From assembly GCA_958009085.1 (NCBI GenBank), contig OY253674.1, forward strand, positions 992,001 through 1,056,000: DNA of 64,000 nt, written 5' to 3'. Under the pieces are notes generated by a model. That model was not told the origin of the DNA and ran no database searches. It saw nothing but the letters and a program-made list of their open reading frames with translations. The number at the start of each line of letters is the position of its first letter. Within the stretch, counting starts at the first letter, position 1. Below are positions 52,275 through 64,000 of this stretch, piece by piece. The translations under genes and the position numbers were made by a program. This DNA comes from Protoeuglena noctilucae. Its lineage: Eukaryota.

Positions 52275-55200
52275 TCAAAGGCCGTCCTCCCGCACGATTT
52301 CCGCCGCCCGCGCCACGGCCCTTCGCACATCGCCGAGGTTCGGGGAAGCCGTAGACTCGCACGCGTCGACGGCCCGCACCAGCGCCGCCGCCGCCCCCAC
52401 CTCCGGCCCGCCCCCCAGCGACCGCGACAGCACGGCCTCCTCCAACTCGGCCGCCTTCACGGCGGCACGCGCGACGCAGCTGCCGGGGACACCGGCCAGC
52501 GTCGCCACGTTGAGGCCGAAGGACCGCGGCGCCACGCCCTCCACGATCTTGTAAAGGAACGTGATGGCCCGGGATCCTCGCGCTTGGTCCCCGTCGCTCG
52601 CATGCTGGAGGACGGCCATGCAGACGGCGCGGACGAGCCCGGGCATCTGCGCGGCAGGCTAACAGTTTGGCATAAGCGCGCGGAGGGCCCGCGCCCGCTC
52701 GCCCGTCGACACCCTTACCCCCCCAACACCACTCGCCTCGCTCGCCAGGGCGGCGATCGTGTTGTAGTGCGTGACAAAGAGCACCAGGCCCAGCTGCGCG
52801 GCGATCAGGTGCCGCAGCGTGGCCTCGGCGATGGCCACGCCGTCGTGCGTGCTGGTGCCCCTACCCAGCTCGTCCATGACGATCAGCGACCGCGCCGTGC
52901 TGCGCCGGAGAAGCAGAGCCGCCTCAGTGCACTCTTCCAGGAACGTGGATGTCCCCTTTGCCAAGCTGTCGCTGGCGCCCATGCGGCAGAAGATGCCGTC
53001 CACGACGTGCGACTCGTACGCGGCGGCGGGCACGAAGCTCCCCACGTGCGCCAGGTGGCAGAGCAGCGCTGCCATCTTCATGTAGCAGCTCTTGCCGCCC
53101 ATGTTGGCGCCCGTGATGACCAGCGCGCGGGGGCCCTCCGCGCTCAGGCAGCAGTCGTTCGGCACCACTTCCGGGAGCAACGAGTCCAGCATGGGGTGGC
53201 GGCCCTGGGATCGCGGCAAAGCACGCAGTGCCTCAACAGCCACGCGCCTGTCGCATAACTGCAATGCCAAAAAATCCCTTCCCTCACCTCCCGGATCTCC
53301 AGCGCTGGCACGCCCTCGTCGTCCCCCCTCAGACGTGGGCGCACAAACCCCGGGCCCCGCGCCACGTCGGCCAGGGCTAACAGCGCGTCGAGCTCCGCCA
53401 GGGCGCGCACCGCCGCCCGCAGAACGAGGTACTGCTCCGACGCCATCTCCAAAAGCTGCAACCACGCTGCAGGCACGATAGGGACACACAGGCAGTGTCA
53501 CAGGGCTGCTGCGGCCTCTTGACACAGCGAAGCCCATCGCACATGCCGTCGCCGACTCGCCCCGGTCAGCCTCCGCAGCGAGCGTCTCCTTGCTAATCTC
53601 CAACTGCAAGCGGGCCTCCTTGACCTCGGGCGGCAGGTACCGGTTCACGGCCTTGGTGCCCCCCACGAGCTCCCAGTCCCTCGGCACAGCGGTGTGGCTC
53701 TTGGGGACCTCAATCAGGAAGTCGCCCTGGTGCTGCACGGAGCGGTACCCCAGCCCCGGGATGCGCAGCTGCTGGCGCAGGGCGGGCAGCAGGTCCTCCA
53801 GAGCCTGCAGCGCCCCGCGGAGGCGCTGGTGGCCCTCGAACACGCGCGGGAAGGCGCCCGACTCCTCGGCGAAGAGGTCCACCTTGGCGTTCTCGCGAGC
53901 GGCGTCGCGGCGGACCAGGGCCAGCAGGTCGGTGGCAGCGCGCGCGGCGGCAGGGTCTCTGGCGTCCGCCAGGAGGCGCGCCACGAGGGGGGGGCACGTG
54001 GGGGGAGGGCCGCCCCGGCACAGGCGCTCCGGGAGGCTCTGGACGGCCTCGAGGGTGGTGACGAAGTCCGCGGGGCTGGCCGTGCGGTGCAGGATGCGCG
54101 TGAGGCCGCGGTCGAGGTCGGGGAGGGACCCCAGCGTCGCAGCGAGCCCCCCCAGGGGACCCGCCGCGCCCTCGTCCCCCGCGTCGCGGAGGAAGTCGAC
54201 GGCGTCGAGGCGCCGCTGGATGGCCTCACGGGAGCTGAGGGGGTGCGCCACCCACCGCCGCAGCAGCCGCCCGCCAGCCGCGGTCCGCGTGCGGTCGAGC
54301 AGCCACAGCAGTGACCCCCGCTTGGTCCCCTCGGTGCTCTCCAGGATCTCCAGCTGCACCAGGGCGTTGGGCGACAGCAGCACCTCGTGGGCCTCGCTCA
54401 GCGGCCGGAACACGGACGCCTGCCGCAGCAGGCCCTCGAGGCGGAAGGCCCGCAGGTGGTCGATGCACAGCGCCAGGCACCGCAGCACCGGGGGCGGCAG
54501 CGACAGCGCCTGGAGGGCCGCGGCCCCCGACCCCGCCGCGTGCCCCTCGGGGGACTGCTCCCCAAAGAAAGCCTCCACCGCCTCCCGCGCGAAGGGCCCC
54601 GCGAGCTTGTCCTCCGGCACTCGTTCCAGGCGCACCGCGCTCTGCGGGAAGCGGGACTGGGGCGCATCGTCGATCCGCGAGCAGCCGCTGTGCATGGCAG
54701 TGACCCCTTGCACGGCTGTGCGTCCCTCACCTCGCTGCGCGCGATGTAGTGCTCAACGATGCGCGTCGTCTCCCGCGAGAGCCCCTCCGGCAGCAGCACC
54801 TCCGCGGGGCTGCACAGCAGCAGCCGGGCCTCTAGGTCGGACCGGACGGGCCCGTCTGTGAACGTGTCATACAGGACCTCCCCGCACGCCACCTCCACGG
54901 CCACCACGCTCAGGGAGGCCGTGGGCCCCGCACGGCCCGGGTCCTCCACAATGCACATCAAGTAGCTGCTCTGCCGCCCCGTCTGCCCCGCCGAAACTGG
55001 CGGCCCATCCTCCTCGGCTGCCGCATCTCCGGCCGCAGCCTCCACCCCCGCCGCCGCCGCCAGCCCCTCGAGGCCCCCCGCATCGAGCGTGGCCCGCGTG
55101 AACACGGACGTCACGTGGCGCTCAAAGACCTTGTTGCGCGTGTCGCTCACGCTCTTCAGCGCTGCCGTCTCCACCTGCCGCACGATGCCCACCTTGTGAC

Positions 55201-56186
55201 CCGCCTCGACCTGCACAGCCACACGAGGCAACTGGGCGTGAGCCAAACAGGCGCACCTCCTGCGCCCTGCCATCCCTATGCAGCCCCTGCTCTCACCAGG
55301 CGGCGCACGTGCACGTGGACACGCTGGGCAGGCACCCACGTGCTGAGGAAGTTGTTGTCCTGCCCCAGGTGGATCCGGCACACCCGCGACGCCAGCTCGG
55401 CGTCCTCGCCAAACAGCTTGTACTTGTATCCGACCTCGATGACCAGCACCACGCCCGGGTTCTGGCGGCGCAACGCCAGCACCTGCTGCTCGAAGGGCGT
55501 GTACTTGGGGCGAGACGACGCCGGGTGGGGGCCGCCGAGCTGCCGGTCGGGGTCGATGAGGCCGTCCGTGCGCGACCTGCGTGCGACGGCGTGAGATGCG
55601 TCTTGAAGGCTCACAACAACAGGCGCACTCGCAGTCAGCGCTGCAGGCCAGTGCCCGGGTCTCACCCGTGAACCAGCTTCCTCTGCAGCTGAGCCGCCTT
55701 GCTCGCGTCACGGGCGGGAATCGCCGGCGCATGGGCCCCAGATACACGAGGTGATGGCCCCACGTCAGGTGGCGAGGGGGAGGCTGGGCCAGCGGAAGGT
55801 GTGGCTGGCTCTGCAATCGGCACGGCTGGCCCCAACGAGGTCAAGGCTGGTTCGTCCGAAGCCGTGGCTGGCTCTGCCGCAGGCGCCGCCCCAGTGCGGA
55901 CTGCCTCATCCCGCTGCGCCACTGATGACCCCGCTGCCACCCTCCCGAACGACAGTTGCGTCTGCTTGAGTCCGCCCTTCGCCGGGCGCTTGGACGAGCC
56001 GACGATTGCGACATCGCCCTCGGCACCAGACGGGGCCGGGCGCTTGCCTGCGTGCCATGAGCACCAGCGCCGCTCCACGCTGTGCAAATACCACGAGATG
56101 GTCTGTCCAAGCGCCACGCGCTCACCGGAGGCTTTCCCTTTGCCCCCGCTCTTTGCAGAAAAGCGACCGAACGGGCGGCCAGACAT
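52275..56186 (-). CDS. MSH3: DNA mismatch repair protein MSH3
   Basis: MSH3-type domain I (KYTPFEQQV...[31 protein letters not shown]) and MutS ATPase motifs ([41 protein letters not shown]). PIP-like KQTQLSF near the N-terminus. Confidence 0.94.
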
Positions 56187-56509
56187 CGTGCGCGGAGGAT
56201 CCGCCCCCACGAGGACGCGCCGGATTGATTCCACGCACGCACGCCTTGTTTTCCTCGCTTGGCCCGAGTCCAGCGGCCTATTTCAGCTGCAATTCCTAGG
56301 AGAGACGACAGGTCGCATTGAATGACGCTCTCTACTGCACGGAGTTCTCTGGCGCTCTCCGACGCTTGCCGCCCTCTGCCAATTCCATTATTCCTGCGAA
56401 TCCGCCCAGCCTCGCCGCATTCCTCGTGCACGTCCCCATCCGCCGAGGTCACCATCATGGGAGCGACTCTCCTACGCTGAAGGGCAGGGTGGGGGGGGGC
56501 GGGCGGAGG

Positions 56510-57676
56510 ATGCCCAACACGGCATACCGTCCTCTGACGCCCGGGGGGGGCTCCAGGGCGTACGTCTTTCGCTTCTGCAAGGGCTTGTCCTTCCTGGGTT
56601 ATTCCATCGTCCTCGTCGTCGGTGCAATCGCAGGTAAGACGTGGTCGAGGGATACGCACGCCCCGCACGGCGACGTGGCTCGACATCAGCCCCGCGCCTG
56701 CCCCGCAGGCCTCGTCGTCATCACGACATGGTCCGTCGTTCTGGTCCCCATGATGTCAGCGGGCGGCGGCCGCGCGTTCCTGGGCGCGCTGCTGGCCCTC
56801 GTCTTCACCGCCCTCGCGGCGCTGGCCCTGTGGAGCTACGCCGTCGCTCTCCTCACGGACCCCGGGCGCGTGCCCCAAGGCTGGCGGCCCAGCCTGCGCC
56901 AGGCCCCAGCTGCGCTCGCTGACTCGCCCCGCTTCACAGCCGCGGGTCTCGTCCCCAGCATGTGCCCCACCTGCCACCAGTGGCGTCCCCCACGCGCCCG
57001 CCACAGCTCAGCCATGGGCCGGTGCGTGTTGAAGATGGACCACTTCTGCGTGTGGGTCGTCAACGCCGTGGGCCTCCTCAATTACAAGGCCTTCCTTCTG
57101 TTCATGACCTACACGTGTGCTGGCCTGGTGAGCTGAGGCAGCCTGCAAGGAAAACGAGCAGGGGCCCATTTGGCACCGCCTGATCCTGTGAAGCCCCTGG
57201 CACCCCCGCAGCTGCTCGCGTTTTCCCTCCTGTGCCCTTTGAGCTGGCGGTACCTCTGGGTGGGAGCTGGTGCGGGCCTGCAGATGTTCACCCCAGTCAT
57301 CCTCTCATCGACCATGTCCCTGGGTCTCGGGTCAGCCCTCGCCCTCATGCTCGGCATGCACGCCCGCATGGTCTGGCACAACTTCACCACTGTGGAGACG
57401 CACTATTTTGAGGTGAGCGCAGGTCTGGTGGTTACAATGCGCGCTGAGCTGGCATCGCAAGCAGGCACATCGCGCTTTGCCCCGTGGACGGCGCAGATGG
57501 ATCCCCAAGAGTGGCCGCCGGACAAGGGAGGGCCTGCCAACGCACGGACCGTGTTTGGCACGGCTCCGCTGCTGTGGTTCGTCCCCGCCCTCTCCGACGC
57601 GGAGCGTGAGCGGCTGATCAGTGAAGCGCTGGCGGGAGTCGTGGGGGATTCCGTTGACCCACAGGAGCTCGCGTGA
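56510..57676 (+). CDS. DHHC-family protein S-acyltransferase, DHFC variant
   Basis: TM helices, TDPG motif, CPTC...RARH...RCVLKMDHFCVWV..VG..NYK.F, TTVE motif and N...VFG in the C-terminal tail. Confidence 0.9.
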
Positions 57677-57795
57677 ACACCTTCTCACTAGCTGGGCCCT
57701 TTCCTGTTGTCCCTCATTGGCTTGGTTCGGTTCAAAGCCGCATTCCGCGAGACGGTATGGCTAGCCCTTGGTGCTCGCTAGCAGGCGGCGTTATA

Positions 57796-60700
57796 TCAAG
57801 ACAGGTACTGCTCCACCGACTCGACGGGCTTGGCCGGGGCCTGGGGCGAGCGCAGGGCTCTCAGCTCCCGGCACAGCGTGTCCAGGAGGTCATCCGACGC
57901 CTGCAGCGCCACCTGCGTGACTCAGAAGGCAGGCCGCGTTTGCACGGGCCTGCCAGACCGGGCTGCGAGGGAGCTCCGGCACGTGCACACCCGTCCCCAC
58001 CTGTCCCCACTCCCCCGTCCCTGACGTGCCCTCCTGCACAGCGCGGAAGCCCCCCCGCGACATGGCCAGCAGCCGCACTGACTCCGCCGTCAGCTCCTCC
58101 TGGATCAACAGCTCCTCCACTGCGGGAGTACGCGAGCGGAGGCGTTGGGGCATGCGGGGCGGCCGCCTGTCGAGCACACGCCTGTCACCGCGCGGGGCCT
58201 CACTGAGGGGGATGAGGATGTGCTTATTGCTGCGCAGGATGGCGAGGGCGTCCCCGTAGCACGCCAGCACCAGCTGCAGCGCCTCGCGCTCTGCGGCATG
58301 CAGGGCCTCGGGGGACGGGGGGAAGTCGGACACCTGGGCCTGGGTGCCGAGGACGTCTGCGGAAAGGAGCGGGCCGGGTGCATGGCCACTAAGCAAGGGG
58401 GACGGCGGTGCGTGCGCTGGGCAGCCGCGCATGCGAGCACCGACCTCCGTCGAAGCTGACCATCAGCGGCTGCTGCCCCTCAATGACGGGCGCCCACCGC
58501 TGCAGGGGCCCCGCGCCCATGCCGTACGACGTGACCATCTTGAGCGCCACCCGCACCGCCGCCCCCAGTGCCTCGGCGTCGTACGTCGTCGCCGCCCCCA
58601 GCACCACCTCCTGCGCCGCCCGGCCGGCCAGCAGCGCCCGCAGACGGTCCAGGAGCTTGCCCCGCGTCGTCACCACGTAGTCCTCGTCCGTGCCCCTGCG
58701 CTCAGCCAGGAGAGCGCGGAGGATGCGATGCCGCTGCGCCAGCATGGCGACACCCGCGGCGACCCCGCACGCGTGCCCCTGCGCCTCGCCTGGCGAAGAT
58801 GGTGCGGGAGAGGGTCGAGCCCCGCGGCACGATCGACACGCGCTCCAGGCTCTCAATGCGCCCGTGCTCGTCGCGCAGGAGCGTGGCCACCACGGCGCGG
58901 CCCGCCTCGGTCGCGGCGAACGTGCGCATCTGAGGGTGCGCCAGCCGCCGTTCCTCCGCCCCCGGCCCCGCCGGCACCAGGGGCGGCCGGCGCACGCCCT
59001 GGGTGATGCGGTCCACCGCGTGGTTGAGGTCCCCCATGGTGATGGACGAGGGGCAGTCGGGGCCGCCCGCGCTCTTGCCCGTCTCCTGCTCGTGCTGCGG
59101 GCAAGAGAGGGCGGCGCAGCATGACATGCTAGTCCAGGCGAATCGTGGTGCGGGCGGGGAAAGGACCCGCCTGGGTGTCTAGCCACTCACCAAGGCCATG
59201 CGGCGCACGGCCTCCAGGGCCCCCTCGTTCAGCACGTTCTCCAGCTCGGCGCCCGAGAGCCCCAGCAGGTCCCGCGCGAGCTGCGACAGGTCCACGGACG
59301 GGTCCAGCTGGAAGCGCCGCGCGTGCACGCGCAGGATGTCCAGGCGACCCTTCTCGTCAGGCCTGCGTAGAGGCAGACATTGCAAGGGTGAGACTCACAG
59401 GTCTTTGCCTGTACAAGAGCTCACTTGCTCCCACTCGCCCCTCCTCCCCCACTCGCCTCTGCACGCGGATCTTGCGGTCGAAGCGCCCCGCCCGCAGCAG
59501 GGCCGGGTCCAGCAGGTCGGCGCGGTTGGTGGCGGCGATGAAGACCACGCCCGAGTCCGACGCGAACCCGTCCATCTCTGTCAGGAGCTGGTTGAGGGTC
59601 TGCTCGCGCTCCTCGTTCGTCTCCTGCCCCACGTCGGCGCGCTTAATCCCGATGGCGTCGATCTCGTCCACGAAGATGATGCAGCCGCCCACCTCGGCGC
59701 GGGCGCGGGCGCGCTTGAACAGGTCGCGCACCCGCGCCGCCCCCACGCCCACGATGACCTCCACGAACTCCGACCCGGACATCTGGTAGAAGGGCACCGC
59801 GGCCTCCCCCGCCACGGCCTTGGCAATCAGCGTCTTGCCCGTCCCCGGCGGGCCCTCCAGCAGCACGCCCTTCGGGGCCTTGGCGCCCGTGCGTGACGCC
59901 TTGCTGGGGTCCTTGAGGAACGACACGATCTCCATCAGGTCCTGCTTCACGGACTCGATGCCCGCCACGTCCGAGAAGCGCACGTCTGAGGGTGGGGGCG
60001 AGGGTGGAGTCGATGGTCTGCCGGCGGGAAACGATGGCACCGTGCAGTGCAGTGTGGACACCCCGTCGGCCCTTGCAAGAAGGGGCACCCGCGACGGAAA
60101 GCTAACCACCTTAGCCATTCCCGCCCCTCACCCGTCTTGCCGTCCTTCCGTGCCTTTGCCTTGCTCTGCGCGAACTCCATCGCCTGCAATGGGTCGCTGG
60201 GCATCTGCTTGCGTGGCTTGAGGATGCCGAGGCCGATGGCGATGAAGACGAACGTCAGGCTGAAGCCCAGGAAGGCCATGGCAGGGAGCTTGTCCCAGAA
60301 GCCCGCCAGCGATATCTCGGGCGTGGTGCGACGGAAGGACACCTGGGGCGAGGCCGTGGCGGCATGGTCGGCGCAGCCTCAACAGCAACGACAGCGACAG
60401 TTGCCGCGCCGGTAGTCACCCCGAGGAGCTTCTCGCCGGGGCAGTCCCACATGCCGCGCTCCTTGTGGTTGAGCACCACCATCTCGCTCCACTGCTTCCT
60501 CCCCTTGGCCGTTAGGCGAGGCTCGTACGCCGCGAAGATCTCTCGGAAGGCCTGGTTGTAACCCCAGTCCGCGACGGTCCGGGGCTTGCCCTGCGTGCAC
60601 GTGCCCGCCCGGTCGCCCTGCGCTCGCCTACCCCTGGCACGAAACAAAACAGAAGGAGGGCCCCCACTCACCGCGTCGCGCTTGAACCGCCACACCCCTC

Positions 60701-61650
60701 CCGGACCACCGCCGGACATGTAGTCGTAGGGGTACGTCTCCTGCCCGGGCCAGGGGAGGTTGGCCCACGCCTGGGAGCCGTCGGGCCTGGTGACGAGTGC
60801 GCGGTACCCGGGGAACACCGGCCGCAGGAAGCGCCCGGAGTCTTCGTAAATCACAACGTCCCAGCGACCCGCCTTGGCGTCGAAGCTGGGGTGTTGCCAA
60901 TTACGCTTCCTGCGGCACGCAATGACGAGGCCGATGAGCATTGCCGGGTCGAAAATGCCGTGACGCAGGAGCGTCTGCATATGACATCTGCCCACCTGAT
61001 CCCCGCAATGAACTCTGAAAAGGGCATCTCGGGTATTTGCGACCAGGAGGGCTCCTTCCCGTAGCCCCGGCGGCCCAGCACTTCCACAGGGATGTACTTG
61101 TACTGGTCGGTGGTGCTGGCGCCGTCTGCGCGCACATGACACTCCTCGTGTCAGCAGCGAGGGAGCGAACGCACCAACGAAGGCTCGCGAGCAGCCCGCA
61201 GCCCGTGCATGGCCCAACCGGCTCGCCCGCCCGCACCCTGGGTCTCTCCGGACGCGAACTCGATGCTGTGCTTCACGTCATCGATAGTTGGGCCATGCTG
61301 CTTTATGCGCTTCATGTCCGCCTTCGAGAATCGCGGATTTGGCCGCGGCGGCTTCCCTTCTGCCGGACCGGCACCGACATCCCCCCGCAGCGCCGCGACC
61401 GACGAGCCTGCGCAGGTCCGCCGGCAATGGAAGGCTTCATAATCATTCTTAGATCGATGGGGCGGATTCAGAGGAATCGTCGCGGACGACCGGCGCGAGG
61501 GCGAGGCCTCAATGCGCGCCCGTTTCAGTTGTCAAGCGCCTCACCACGCATGGGCCTCAGCCGCGGGAGCAGGGGCCGATAGGGTCCTCGATGGATACAC
61601 GAGCAACAGGCGTGCGCATCGCGCCACCCCATGCCCCCCGCCGCCTGCAT
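57796..61650 (-). CDS. FTSHI1: FtsH-like AAA ATPase lacking the zinc motif (FtsHi1/ARC1-like), plastid envelope
   Basis: [21 protein letters not shown], Walker A GPPGTGKT, Walker B IIFVDEID and [25 protein letters not shown] is replaced by [17 protein letters not shown] and [10 protein letters not shown] follow. The start is approximate. Confidence 0.82.
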
Positions 61651-62100
61651 GGCGGGGTAAGCCGGGGCTCGGGGCGCCGGTCGCCCCCGGCGTCCGAGAC
61701 TGCGCGCCCCGTCCACACCTCCGCACTACGCCAAGCGGATTACGCGTGCAAGAAAGGGAATAGGGCGCGAGCCGGCGCCGCTGACTTCACTCGTGCTGAG
61801 CCCACTCGACCAGCTCACGACACGGCTGTCCAGACTACGCAGGCATCACTTAAGATTGTAGCGATCGCTGCATGCCCGCCGGGGCGAGATTGACGGCGAA
61901 GTACAAAAGTCTGGCAAGACTTTTTGCCAGAGCCCGTCAAATGCGGCAGATTCGCGGCAGGAAGGCCGGTTTCAGCCTGATGCGTGGTAAAAAGCGCTGC
62001 GGTGACGCGACCGCGGCGTCTCTCCTGCGACCGCTGTTGCTCCACCGTGCGACACTCGTCGTGCTCTTTGCGCATGGCTAGCGAGCGCTGAGGTTGCCGG

Positions 62101-64000
62101 ATGCAGGGAGGGGCGGGCCGGAAGTCCCAGTCGTCTGGGCTGGTGGGTCAGAGGGACGCCGGTCGCGAGCTGAGGTCGTCGGGGTGGAATGAGTACAACC
62201 ATGGGGCGCGACCGCCCGCCTCGGAGTCGGCCGACAGCGAGTGAGCGTTGCGCGCGCTCGTGTGTCTGCGGAACTGGACCGCGTCGGGGGCGAGAACACA
62301 GTCCCTCCATGCACGGGGATGCAGAGATTTAGGGCCGGTTGATTGCTGCCGCAGGGGGAGCAGGAGCGGCAGCGAGAGCCGCGATGAGGAGCTGAGCGGC
62401 TTTGAGAACGTCGGGAAGCAGATATGGGACATGATGAAGTGGATGGTGTTGCCAGGGGAAGACCAACCGCAGCAGGGGGAGGCTGGGCTGGGGACAACCA
62501 TGCTGGGGCAGCCTCAGCGCGCGCGGCGCGGGAGCAGGTCAATGCGCCTGCGTTTGGGATGCTGAACGAAGCAGATGTTGGCGCCGCAGTTGCCGCATGG
62601 TGCCAAGCCATGCAAACCCTTGTTTGCGCGGTGGCCGCAGTGAGGAGGGCTGGCAGCTCCCCGTGCAAATCTCCAACATGGGCGGCGTTGCCAAGGGACT
62701 GTACGTCGCTTTGGCGATCATCATTGCCTGGCACCTCTTCCTGGAAGCCCACGCCGCCCTGTGTCCTGCGGATGGCCTGAGGAGCGCCGTGACCATCCCC
62801 ATCTGTGGGGCTATGTCCACGCTTCACGGGCACGCGATGAGGTATGGGAGATGCCCCTCGCACCTCGCGGTGTCTCTGCTGCCGCGGGAGCACAATTTGC
62901 GTCGCCCTTCCTCGTTGCTGCAGGCATTTGGGGATCCCCATCCGCCTCCTGCGACCCTTCTTTCTGCCGCTGCTCACCGTGGCCAGGATCCTCGTCAACG
63001 CGGCGGTCTTCGTCTTCATGTTCGCCTTCGGGCCATTGTGGTACCTCGTCTGGAACGACGTCCTCGGGACCACCTTTGGGGTGACCCATGCGTGGTGCCT
63101 GGCGCCTGCCCTGCGCTCCCACGCGCCAGGGCCGCTGTCGAACGCGACCCCGCTCGTCGCCGCAGATCCTCCGTCGCATCGTCCGCCTCGCCGTCTCGAC
63201 GTTGCGGGGCGGCCGCGAAAGTGCGGACGGCGCATGGGCCTGGATCACGCAGGGGATCGAGAAGCGGCCCCCCGGGCGGGCGTGGGTGTCTCTGTCGATG
63301 CCGGGCGTCATCGCGCCCCTCGCGCGCCTGGTGTCCCTCTTGCCCCGGGGCGCCCTGCACCCCTCTGCAGTGTGGCATGCCGCGCAGTCGCCCCGAGGTG
63401 TGACGGGGCTCCTGTGCCTCGTCACCGTCACGGGCTGGCTGGCGCTCTTCCGGGGCGCCTGGGCCGGCAACCTGACCACCCCCCGCGCGCCCAGCCGGCT
63501 GGCCCCGCTGGCGGTGGTGGCCCGGCACTCGGCCGGCCTGCTGGGCGTGGCGGCCGTGTGGCACTCCGTGTGGACGCGCTCGCCGCTCATGGCGGCCCAG
63601 CGCTGCACGCTGTGGCTGATCGTCCTCGAGGTGGCCGCGCCCTGGGCCCTCGCGGTCGTGGTGCGGTGGGCGCGGGGGGGTTACCGGGAGGAGGGGGCCC
63701 CGGAGGCGGGGGTGGCCAGGTCCTTCCGGGAGGCCGTGGCGCACATGCTCGTGGGATCGCAGGCGGGGCTGCAGTGGGACGACAGCCAGGTGCTGTCGAC
63801 GCCCCCACTGGACGACTACGCCGACGTCAGCACCGACCGCCAGTCGGTGCCCGAGCTGCTTTCGCTCCTGTACCCGAGCCAGAACTGGCGCGACGCCATC
63901 CCCGAGACGGACGTCACCGACCTCCGCGGCATCCGGATGGAGGTCCGGGAGGAGCGTTGCCTGGCGTGGACGGCCGCGCGGCCCCTGAGGCGAGGGGCAG
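62101..64000 (+). CDS. Hypothetical membrane protein, truncated by the window end
   Basis: In-frame exons with hydrophobic segments (GLYVALAIIIAWHLFL; ILVNAAVFVFMFAFGPLWYLVW). The frame stays open from about 63166 to the window end. Confidence 0.5.

Noticed and set aside
52647..52736. Additional GC-AG intron in MSH3
   Set aside because: An in-frame canonical GTAAGG donor lies 18 nt further on, so the GC donor is not required. Not counted.

Overview
This is eukaryotic nuclear DNA from a very GC-rich, compact genome with many short (mostly about 70-110 nt) spliceosomal introns. The gene set (plastid GPAT, organellar gyrase B, an FtsHi1-like ATPase, an ABI5/ABF-like bZIP) points to a green alga; that placement is inference. 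By splicing exons by eye I resolve about 21 protein-coding genes; CDS coordinates are gene spans including introns, and some start codons are uncertain. I found no rRNA, tRNA, CRISPR array or transposon, and most six-frame ORFs are high-GC shadows. Main observations: (1) a 13.5 kb gene fusing an EF-hand-like pair, an EML-type HELP/WD40 module, about 16 PLAT/LH2 domains and 3 IQ motifs, with one apparent frameshift; (2) many GC-AG introns; (3) almost strictly alternating gene orientation, with convergent stop codons as close as 16 bp; (4) a DHHC palmitoyltransferase lacking all four ligands of one zinc site; (5) several unusual architectures (FKBP-like plus two saposin-like domains, a giant F-box/TPR protein, a DDI1-helical-like/PKS-DH-like mini-protein, a RIPR/AVEN-like protein). 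Family assignments come from remembered motifs, not database searches.
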